Both the position numbers and the translations under genes were made by a program. This document shows, piece after piece, positions 46,578-54,740 of a stretch of DNA of 64,000 bases. The notes under the pieces are model-generated. The model had not been told where the DNA came from and did not search any database. It saw nothing but the letters and a program-made list of their open reading frames with translations. The DNA is from an uncultured Bacteroidota bacterium (GTDB lineage Bacteria > Bacteroidota > Ignavibacteria > UBA10030 > UBA6906). The DNA lies in NCBI GenBank assembly GCA_963700635.1, contig CAVOYH010000003.1:1792001-1856000 (forward strand). The letters run 5' to 3'. Every line of letters starts with the position of its first letter. The stretch's first letter is position 1.

Positions 46578-47474
46578 ATGAGAATAGCACAGATGCAGGA
46601 TGAGTGGGGCTTTCTGGTCGGCATCGAACTCGGAGGGAAGTGGATCAATTACAGCAAAGCCAGTGCCGCATATTATCTGATGGAGCGGAACATCACGCTG
46701 CTGCCCCGCCCGACAATCGGTGTCCTGCTCGAACGCGGCCAGTTCCATCACGAGGAGTTTGCCGCTGTTGCCCGGTTCGTCCGCACACACCGTCTCCAGA
46801 AATATCTGACCGTATCCCGGGAAGCGGTCCTTCGCGCGCCGATTCCGCGTCCGGGGAAGATCGTCGCTCTGGGCCTCAACTATGCGCTCCATGTCAAGGA
46901 AAGTTCGTTGAGCAAGCCGAAGGAACCGGTCATCTTCATGAAGGCCGGTTCATCGGTGATCGGTCCGGATGAACCAATCCGTATCCCCAGGGGGCTCGGA
47001 CGGATGGATCATGAAGTAGAACTCGCGGTCGTGATAGGAAAGCGGGCTACCGCCGTTTCGAAGCGGAACGCGTACGACTATATTGCCGGGTACACCATAT
47101 GCAATGATGTCACCGCCCGGAGTCTTCAGACACAGGACATCAACAACCGGTATCCCTGGTTCCGGACGAAAAGTTTCGACACATTCACGCCCCTTGGCCC
47201 GTATATCGTGACCCCTGATGAGATCCGCCCGCCGGTCCGGCTGAATGTGGAGTGCCGTGTAAACGGAAAGCTGAGGCAGAAATCCAATACGCGTCATCTC
47301 CTGTTCGATATCCCGACCATTATTGAATATGTGAGCCGCACGATCACGCTGGAACCGGGAGACATTATTTCGACGGGAACACCGGAGGGGATCGGGCGCA
47401 TCACGCATGGCGATCGTGTGGTGTGCCGCGTGGATCGGATCGGCGAATTGAAAAACCCCGTGCGGTACCGATGA
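46578..47474 (+). CDS. Fumarylacetoacetate hydrolase family protein
   Basis: KIVALGLNY..H, PVIFMK, DHEVELAVVIG, NDVTAR, KSFDTF.P.GP, GDIISTGTPEG. Confidence 0.92.
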   Translation: MRIAQMQDEWGFLVGIELGGKWINYSKASAAYYLMERNITLLPRPTIGVLLERGQFHHEEFAAVARFVRTHRLQKYLTVSREAVLRAPIPRPGKIVALGLNYALHVKESSLSKPKEPVIFMKAGSSVIGPDEPIRIPRGLGRMDHEVELAVVIGKRATAVSKRNAYDYIAGYTICNDVTARSLQTQDINNRYPWFRTKSFDTFTPLGPYIVTPDEIRPPVRLNVECRVNGKLRQKSNTRHLLFDIPTIIEYVSRTITLEPGDIISTGTPEGIGRITHGDRVVCRVDRIGELKNPVRYR

Positions 47475-48607
47475 TACCCGAGCGTCGTGCAATGGTCAAC
47501 CTCCTGGCCGATCTGGTGCGGATTCCCAGTATCAATCCCATGGGACGCGCAGCGAGTGGTACGGGATACTGTGAGGGAGAGATTGCCGCGTATGTCGCTT
47601 CCTATCTGCAGGCGCACGGAGTGGATGTAACGATGACCGAGGTTTCGCCCGGCAGGCCCAACGTGATCGGGTTCGTGGATGCGGGCGCTCCCCGCACGCT
47701 CCTGCTCGAAGCGCATCTTGATACCGTCCATGCGGACGGAATGAGTATCCCTCCTTTCGCGGCTGAGGTGCGGGACAATTGCCTGTACGGTCGCGGTGCG
47801 TGCGATACCAAAGGATCGCTTGCTGCGTTTCTCTACGCTGTGTGCGCCCTGCTCGATGAACGCCGGACCCTGAAGCATAACGTCATTCTGGCCGCTGTAG
47901 CTGATGAAGAGTATCAGTTCACCGGCGCACGCCATGCCGTGCAGCAGGGATTGCGGGCGGATTTCGGGATAGCGGGGGAGCCGACCAATCTGGCGATCGT
48001 CCGGGCGCACAAAGGGGTCGTTCGCTGGCGTCTGAGCACGACGGGCACGTCGGCCCATTCGGCGTACCCGGACCGCGGGACCAATGCCATCTACCGGATG
48101 GGGCGTGTCCTTGTGCGGCTCGAAGCGTATGCGGATTCTCTCCAACGGCTGCAGCCGCATCCGTTGCTCGGGACTCCAACGCTGAGTGTGGGTGTCATTG
48201 AAGGGGGGCAGGCGGTCAATGTCGTTCCGTCTCGATGTACGATCGAACTCGACCGGCGAGTCCTTCCCGGTGAAACCGCCGGGAGCGCCGTGAACGAGGT
48301 GGCGGCGTTGCTGGACGATCTCCAGGGGTGGACCATGGCCGATCCCCACCTCGCCGTACAAGGGATGGACATTGATGAAAGTGCACCCATCGTTGCACTC
48401 CTGGCGGATGCCGTGTCACATGTGACCGGGTCCGCCCGGGTCGAAGGTGCATACTACGCGACTGACGCCGGCATTTACAGCGCAGGCGGGATTCCGACTG
48501 TGGTCTTCGGTCCGGGAGATATCGCTCTCGCCCACACGGCGGAGGAGCATCTCTCCCTGGATCAGTATGCGCACGCGATCAGCATCGTTCAGGCATTGCT
48601 GCAATGA
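47471..48607 (+). CDS. M20 family metallopeptidase/deacylase (ArgE/DapE-like)
   Basis: LVRIPS.NP, AHLDTV, YGRGACDTKG, ADEE, GEPT, HKG, AHSA.P, TDA, GPG....AHT.EE. Confidence 0.9.
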   Translation: MIPERRAMVNLLADLVRIPSINPMGRAASGTGYCEGEIAAYVASYLQAHGVDVTMTEVSPGRPNVIGFVDAGAPRTLLLEAHLDTVHADGMSIPPFAAEVRDNCLYGRGACDTKGSLAAFLYAVCALLDERRTLKHNVILAAVADEEYQFTGARHAVQQGLRADFGIAGEPTNLAIVRAHKGVVRWRLSTTGTSAHSAYPDRGTNAIYRMGRVLVRLEAYADSLQRLQPHPLLGTPTLSVGVIEGGQAVNVVPSRCTIELDRRVLPGETAGSAVNEVAALLDDLQGWTMADPHLAVQGMDIDESAPIVALLADAVSHVTGSARVEGAYYATDAGIYSAGGIPTVVFGPGDIALAHTAEEHLSLDQYAHAISIVQALLQ

Positions 48608-49536
48608 GCGATCACGTCATACTTGGCCTGGATATCGGTGGAACAAAAACGGCGGCAGTGCTTGGAACCTCCCGGGGTGACATTCGCATGCGCGAGGAGA
48701 TCCGTACCGGCGCTGCCAGGGGTTTTGCCGCCGTCTTTGCAGATATTTCCCGACTCGCCGAGACTGTCTTGCATCGCGTCTCCGGATGTGAGGCGATCAG
48801 TGTTTCTATCGGGGGGCCGCTCGACGTAGAACGGGGCATCATACTCTCTCCCCCCAACCTGCCGGGCTGGGACCGGATAGAGTTGAAGCGGTTGCTTGCC
48901 GAACGATTCCGGCTTCCCGTGTATGTTGAGCATGACGGCAACGCGGGAGCTCTCGCAGAGTGGTACTTCGGCGCAGGCCGTGGAGCCCGGACCCTTATTT
49001 TCCTGACGATGGGTACGGGATTCGGCGCGGGTCTGATTCTCGATGGCAGATTGTTCCGTGGTGCAAGCGATGTTGCGGGGGAGATAGGACATGTCCGCAT
49101 AGCCGAGGAAGGGCCGGACTGCTACGGGAAAGCAGGCTCCCTCGAGGGGTATGCAAGCGGCACAGGCATCGTCCGTCTTGCCGGGATGATGGCTCCCGGC
49201 AGGTGGTCGCCTGGATTCACCGTCAAGCACCTCGCAGATGAAGCCCGTGCGGGCGATGCTGAGGCCCGCGCCGTTTTTGACCGTGCGGCTCTGTACCTGG
49301 GCCGAGGCTTTGCGATGCTGATCGATACACTGAACCCCGAGAAGATCATCGTGGGGGGGATCGGTATGCGGCTGACGGACATTCTGCTGACCCCCGCATG
49401 CCGCGTGGCGGAGGCGGAGGCCCTCCCCGCAGCCTGGAATGTCTGTTCCATCGTTCCGGCAGGGTTGGGAGAGGGGATCGGCGATATCGCCGCACTCTGC
49501 GGCGCACTGAATCAAGGAGAACTCTTTCAAAACTGA
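48604..49536 (+). CDS. ROK-family sugar kinase
   Basis: GLDIGGTK, PPNLPGW, EHDGNAGALAE, GTGFGAG, GEIGH, GSLEGYASG; no HTH domain. Confidence 0.92.
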   Translation: MSDHVILGLDIGGTKTAAVLGTSRGDIRMREEIRTGAARGFAAVFADISRLAETVLHRVSGCEAISVSIGGPLDVERGIILSPPNLPGWDRIELKRLLAERFRLPVYVEHDGNAGALAEWYFGAGRGARTLIFLTMGTGFGAGLILDGRLFRGASDVAGEIGHVRIAEEGPDCYGKAGSLEGYASGTGIVRLAGMMAPGRWSPGFTVKHLADEARAGDAEARAVFDRAALYLGRGFAMLIDTLNPEKIIVGGIGMRLTDILLTPACRVAEAEALPAAWNVCSIVPAGLGEGIGDIAALCGALNQGELFQN

Positions 49537-49537
49537 T

Positions 49538-50641
49538 ATGGCACATACCTTCCCTCATATACCGCTCACGAAGGCTGCTCCCGACGCGGATTTGTTTGTC
49601 CGTACGCTGATGGGAAAGGCCCAAACCCATCGGGCACCACTCATTGAATACATCGTGGACGATGTGGTCATGAGGCCCATTGTCGAGCAACTCCTCGGTC
49701 GCGCCTGGGCTCCCTCCGGCCCGGGGCGCGCAGAGCAGACAGCCTTCCTCGACAACACGATTCATTTCTGGAAAGGGATGGGGTACGATTTCGTCCGCTT
49801 CGAAGAGAGTCTGGCGTTGCCCGAACGGAAGAACCTGATCCCCGATGCGGCCCCCGGATCTCTCAAAGACAGGGCCTGGCCCGATGAGCACGAGGGCGTA
49901 ATCACAGGGTGGGAGGATTTCGAGCGGTATCCCTGGCCCCGCGTCGAAGAATTTGACTTCTTCCCGTTCGAGTATTTGAACGCGCACCTCCCCGACGGGA
50001 TGGGGCTCATCAGTTCCCACGGGGGAGGAGTGTTCGAGCACCTCTCCTGGATCATGTCCTTTGAGGGGCTCTGCAATGCGCTCTACGAAAATCCAGAGCT
50101 TGTCAAAGCCGTCGCGGACCGTCTCGGTGAACTGATGAAGGGGTTTTACAGACACCTGCTGGATCTCGACCGGCTTGTCGCCGTGTTTCCGGGGGACGAT
50201 ATGGGATACCGGACTGCCACCATGATATCCCCCCGGGATTTGCGTACATACATACTCCCCTGGCACAAACAGTTTGCCGGGATGGCTCACGAGCGGGGGG
50301 TCCCGTATTTCCTCCACTCGTGCGGCAACATCCTTGCCATCATGGAGGATCTTCTCACCGATGTCGGCATCGATGGCAAGCACTCGTACGAGGATGCCAT
50401 TATTCCGGCCGATGCCTTCCAGCAGCGGTACCATAACCGGGTGGCGGTGTTGGGAGGTGTGGACCTCAATATTCTGTCGGGGAAGAGCCCTGAGGAGGTC
50501 CGGGCGAGGGTCCGCGAGCTGATTCTCCTGTGCGGACCGGGGGGGCGTTATGCCATCGGTTCGGGGAATTCGGTCCCCAGTTATGTACCCGTAGACAACT
50601 ATCTCTCAATGATTGACGAGTCCTATGCGACCCACTACTAG
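49538..50641 (+). CDS. Uroporphyrinogen decarboxylase / MtaA-CmuA-like TIM-barrel family protein
   Basis: GVFEH...MSFE, GDDMG...MISP, FLHSCGN, GIDG, LGGVD, GSGNSVP. Confidence 0.85.
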   Translation: MAHTFPHIPLTKAAPDADLFVRTLMGKAQTHRAPLIEYIVDDVVMRPIVEQLLGRAWAPSGPGRAEQTAFLDNTIHFWKGMGYDFVRFEESLALPERKNLIPDAAPGSLKDRAWPDEHEGVITGWEDFERYPWPRVEEFDFFPFEYLNAHLPDGMGLISSHGGGVFEHLSWIMSFEGLCNALYENPELVKAVADRLGELMKGFYRHLLDLDRLVAVFPGDDMGYRTATMISPRDLRTYILPWHKQFAGMAHERGVPYFLHSCGNILAIMEDLLTDVGIDGKHSYEDAIIPADAFQQRYHNRVAVLGGVDLNILSGKSPEEVRARVRELILLCGPGGRYAIGSGNSVPSYVPVDNYLSMIDESYATHY

Positions 50642-52865
50642 GTTTGGTGTACTCACCGTTCTTTTGCTGACAGCCGTCCTGCAGGGAGCCGCGCAAAAGC
50701 AGCTCTACATGAATGAGATCCTCAAGTCGGCCGAGAAATCATGGGCCGAGTTGCCGGCGATACTTGAACAGTGGAAGACAAATCCACAGCACAGTGTTCT
50801 CTGGGGGTACAACTCCCCCCCGCACCCGTTGTATCTTGCGGGCGTGTACGGTTTCCTGTACACAGAGACCGGCGAACGGCGTTATGCGGAGCGGGTGGCT
50901 TCGTTGCTCTCCACTTACGGGAGCTTGCGGGATGTCCTGCCGCCCGATTTCGCGTCGCATCGGGCCGAATATGAGGCAGGTGTGCCGGCTGTGTCGAATT
51001 TCTTCTACCTTCCACCCTTCGCCCGGGCCTACCTGGCTATCCGCGGGAGCGGTGTGCTCACCGACGCGACCCGTAAGACGATTGAGGCAGATCTGGCGGG
51101 AAGCATCGACTTCATTTTCAGATTTCCCGAATGGGGCGCGCACAACCGGGCCATGCTCAGGGCGGAAGCATTCCTTGCTGCAGCTCAGGCCCTCCCGGAC
51201 CACCCTCATGCACGCCGGTGGAAGCAGATGGCATCAGCCGTTGCCGCGGACAACGTCCGGCACTGGGAGATCGAAGACGCGACAGTCTATCATCCGGTGT
51301 GGCTCCACGCCCTTCTCTCCTACGCCGAAACTGCAGGGCGTACCGAGGTCCGCTCCTCTGCCATGATGCGGTACTACGCAGAATATTTCACCAGGCTAAT
51401 GGCTCCCTCCGGGCTGATACCGGATTTTGGCGACGCATACTGGGACTCCGCCCTGGAAGGATCGCGCATGGTGGCAATCATGGAAGGGATGGCGGCGGCC
51501 TTCCATGATCCCACGATGAAATGGACTGCCCGCGAACTCTTCCGGAAGGCACGGCGAAGGGTCGATACCCTCGGGTTCGGCGACGCGTACTACCTTTGCG
51601 ATGCGTACCGCTGGGCCGACGAAACGATCGGTGCCCGACCCCCGTCAGGGGGAAGTGAAGAAGTCCTGGATGACCTCATCGGAAAAAAAGTGGTCTTCCG
51701 GAACGGGTGGGACTCCACAAGCACGTATCTTTTGCTCAATTACCGCGATGAGGGGGAAGCGGGGTGGATGGGTCGTCGTTACCTCCGCAACACGATTTCC
51801 GTCGAAGAAGAGAAAATGCACCATGGCCACGCGGACGAGAACAGCATCGCATTGTTGATGGACGGCGGCTCGGTTCTCCTGCATGATGCCGGATACCGGG
51901 ACGATCTGCCCAGCGGTCCGTACGGTGCCTGGCGTCAGGATTATTTCCATAACAGGCTCGTGGCTCGTCTCGGCAAGCGCGACCAACGGCAGTCTGTTCT
52001 CTCCTATGTACACAACTCCGGAGCATACCGGGCGGTCAACACAAAGAAAATCGACTTCCTCCAACTGCGTGACGTGGACATGAGCCGGACCAGAGTCACG
52101 GACGACAAGATGGGCTACGAGTGGGACCGGATTATTGTCTATGTCCGTTCGGCGGGTCTGTTCGTCGTGGTCGACGGGGTCCAGGCCTTGCGCCCTGACT
52201 ATTTCACATTCACGAATTTCTGGCATGCAGGTACGGTTCTCGATTCGTTCCAGCATGGCTACCGGATCGGCGTGGACTCTGTCGGAGATCTGCCTGTCTC
52301 TCGCCGGCGGGCGATGAAACTCCTGTTTCTCGAACACACGGCAAAAACCGAAGGGCGTGAGCCGATCAGCCGCCATCGCCGGACCGAACAGGCGCTGTAC
52401 CAGAGCATCTCCAGCCAGTATAATACCGGTGACCGGGAGATGTTTGTGACCGTGCTGATCCCGGAAGATCGCAACGCCCGCGCGAGCGATGCTCCCCGCG
52501 TGGAACTGGTGCCGACATCCCACCCCATGCAGGCTGTGGGGGTCCGGATTGAGCAGGGAGGAACCCGGACTACCGTGGGTATCAAGATGGATCTCGACAT
52601 GGAAATTGCGAGGGAAAATATCCGGCCGCGGTACCCGTATGACCTTGGCAAGGTGACGTACGGTGACGTGGAGACCGACGCACATTTCTTTGCCCTCAGG
52701 GAGTCCGGGAAGACGGCAGCGTTTTCCGCAGCGAATGTACTCCGATTCGTCTATCGTGGTGCGACCCGTATGTCTGCATTACCGAATACCCACAGCCTTC
52801 AGCTGGATGGGAGCGGCGAGCGGGTGGGATACTCGAAGTGGAGGATCTTTGAAAGTGAAGAGTGA
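50625..52865 (+). CDS. Secreted heparinase II/III-like protein, divergent
   Basis: ATG 50625, signal peptide; WGAHNRA, EDATVY, IPDFGD, FRNGW, HHGHADENSI, DAGY and YFHNRL occur in the order expected for heparinase II/III-like folds. Confidence 0.7.
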   Translation: MRPTTRFGVLTVLLLTAVLQGAAQKQLYMNEILKSAEKSWAELPAILEQWKTNPQHSVLWGYNSPPHPLYLAGVYGFLYTETGERRYAERVASLLSTYGSLRDVLPPDFASHRAEYEAGVPAVSNFFYLPPFARAYLAIRGSGVLTDATRKTIEADLAGSIDFIFRFPEWGAHNRAMLRAEAFLAAAQALPDHPHARRWKQMASAVAADNVRHWEIEDATVYHPVWLHALLSYAETAGRTEVRSSAMMRYYAEYFTRLMAPSGLIPDFGDAYWDSALEGSRMVAIMEGMAAAFHDPTMKWTARELFRKARRRVDTLGFGDAYYLCDAYRWADETIGARPPSGGSEEVLDDLIGKKVVFRNGWDSTSTYLLLNYRDEGEAGWMGRRYLRNTISVEEEKMHHGHADENSIALLMDGGSVLLHDAGYRDDLPSGPYGAWRQDYFHNRLVARLGKRDQRQSVLSYVHNSGAYRAVNTKKIDFLQLRDVDMSRTRVTDDKMGYEWDRIIVYVRSAGLFVVVDGVQALRPDYFTFTNFWHAGTVLDSFQHGYRIGVDSVGDLPVSRRRAMKLLFLEHTAKTEGREPISRHRRTEQALYQSISSQYNTGDREMFVTVLIPEDRNARASDAPRVELVPTSHPMQAVGVRIEQGGTRTTVGIKMDLDMEIARENIRPRYPYDLGKVTYGDVETDAHFFALRESGKTAAFSAANVLRFVYRGATRMSALPNTHSLQLDGSGERVGYSKWRIFESEE

Positions 52866-52948
52866 CTCTGCACGGAGAGGAGTGAGGGGCGGAGAGCAGG
52901 AACACGGAGGACGCCTGAAAAAAGTCCAGCAGTGAAAGAAGGAGAGCG

Positions 52949-53776
52949 ATGGTAACAGGAAAAGAAGTGCGGATACAGCGTATCTGGAAACACCGGCGGG
53001 CCGTTCTGGTCCCGTTCGATCACGGAGGGTTCAGCGGTCCCCATCCGGGGATCGAAGACCTTGTACGGTTGACCGAAAGGCTTTCGCGCACACGGGTCGA
53101 CGGGATTCTGGTGTCGGCCGGGATGATCCAGCATATTGCTCCGGCTGTCGGGCAGCTGGCCATTCTGGCCAGGCTGGATGGCGGGTTTACGCGGTTTGCG
53201 ACTGCTCCGGCCGACTACGAACAACTCTGGTCGGTGCGGGATGTCGTAACCCTGGGGGCCGATGCAGCGATTGTCTTCACATTTGTCGGCACGGCGATGG
53301 AAGCCGGTTCCATGAAGAGACTGGGTGCCGCAGCGGCAGAGGCCCATGCGTATGGCCTCCCCCTTGCTTCGGAGATCATTCCCCCGAGCCTCCTGAACAA
53401 TCATTTCGGGATGACCGTGTTCCCCCGTGCGCCGAAGCAGGCCAATGTCGATGAGGAGATCCGCCAGACAATCCGGATCGGGGCGGAATGCGGAGCGGAT
53501 ATCATCAAGACCAGGTTCAGCGGCGATATCGCACGCTTCAGGCAATCCGTCCGTTCCGCAGGCGCAAAGGTGATTGTTGCGGGGGGACCTCTCGGGAGCG
53601 GCTCGGACGAAGCCGTTCTGCAGCTGGCGCATGACTGCGTTCAGGCCGAGGCAGACGGCATCATTTTCGGGCGAACAGTGTGGCAGCACCCGCGCATGGA
53701 AAAAATCCTGGCGGCGTTATGTGCGATCGTGCATGAAGAAGAAACCGTCGCGCAGGCCCGAAAGCTGCTGCGATGA
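52949..53776 (+). CDS. Class I aldolase, DhnA/FbaB/LsrF family
   Basis: RBS AAGGAG; VPFDHG, LGADA, YGLPL, GAECGADIIKT (Schiff-base Lys), VAGG, GIIFGRTVWQ. Confidence 0.88.
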   Translation: MVTGKEVRIQRIWKHRRAVLVPFDHGGFSGPHPGIEDLVRLTERLSRTRVDGILVSAGMIQHIAPAVGQLAILARLDGGFTRFATAPADYEQLWSVRDVVTLGADAAIVFTFVGTAMEAGSMKRLGAAAAEAHAYGLPLASEIIPPSLLNNHFGMTVFPRAPKQANVDEEIRQTIRIGAECGADIIKTRFSGDIARFRQSVRSAGAKVIVAGGPLGSGSDEAVLQLAHDCVQAEADGIIFGRTVWQHPRMEKILAALCAIVHEEETVAQARKLLR

Positions 53777-54705
53777 TTACAACGGTCACGCTCAACCCCA
53801 TGCTCGACAAAACGGTCTACGTCGATGCAGTCCGTCATGGCGAGATTACACGAGCGCGACGGATCGAAACCATCGTCGGTGGAAAGGGTGTGAATGTCTC
53901 CCGGCAACTCCGCTGTCTGGGCACCGCGACGACGGTGGTCTGGTTTTGCGGGGGAGAAATCGGTACTATGCTGGCGCGGATGCTGGACGACGAACAGTTG
54001 CAGCATGAAGGGATTGCGGTCGATGGCATAACCCGCGAAGGCGTGACCTACCTCGACAGTGAAGGGGTAGCCACCTCGGTGTTTGAGCCCCCGCACGCTG
54101 TTTCGGCGGGCGACGTACAACGGCTGGTGTCGGCGTGTGATCACCTGATTACCACGAGCTCCTGGATGGTGTGTTGCGGGAGTTCCCCTGCGGCAATTGC
54201 GGATGGGGCGTACCGGGATATTTTGACCCGGGCGAAGGGCAGGGGGATCCGTACCGCCGTCGATTCGTACGGGCTGGCACTGCGGAATGCGCTGGAAGCC
54301 GCCCCCGAGGTCGTGAAGATGAATCGCAATGAGTACGAGACCACCCTGGAACGCACCCTCGCGAATGACACTGACGTTCTGCAGGCGCTTCAGATGTTTC
54401 TGGACAGGGGGGCATCGCTCGCCGTTCTGACCGACGGAGAGCGGCCGGCCTTTGCAGCGAGCCCGGAGGGACGATGGCGCCTCTTTCCGCCCCCCATCAC
54501 CTGCGTCAATGCCACCGGATCCGGTGACTGCATGCTTGCAGGAATCCTCTTCGGACTGGTAGAGGGATGGGATGTGCCATCGAGCCTCCGATTCGGCGCG
54601 GCGGCAGGTGCTGCCAATGCCGGACGATGGGAAGTTGCAGTCTCGTCTCGTGGGGAGGTCGACGCGTTTCTTCCGCACGTGCGTGTGGAACAGATCGTTT
54701 CTTGA
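53773..54705 (+). CDS. 1-phosphofructokinase/tagatose-6-phosphate kinase family hexose kinase
   Basis: MITTVTLNPMLD, GGKGVNVSR, VDSYG.AL, KMNRNE, NATGSGDCMLAG. Confidence 0.9.
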   Translation: MITTVTLNPMLDKTVYVDAVRHGEITRARRIETIVGGKGVNVSRQLRCLGTATTVVWFCGGEIGTMLARMLDDEQLQHEGIAVDGITREGVTYLDSEGVATSVFEPPHAVSAGDVQRLVSACDHLITTSSWMVCCGSSPAAIADGAYRDILTRAKGRGIRTAVDSYGLALRNALEAAPEVVKMNRNEYETTLERTLANDTDVLQALQMFLDRGASLAVLTDGERPAFAASPEGRWRLFPPPITCVNATGSGDCMLAGILFGLVEGWDVPSSLRFGAAAGAANAGRWEVAVSSRGEVDAFLPHVRVEQIVS

Positions 54706-54740
54706 TATCAAATAATCGTTCATTCTGAAAGGTATTCGCT

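Noticed and set aside
29644-50641. hemL and hemE calls suggesting tetrapyrrole synthesis
   Set aside because: Only family-level similarity. No other hem genes are present, and the UroD-like protein lacks the N-terminal RQAGR motif of HemE.
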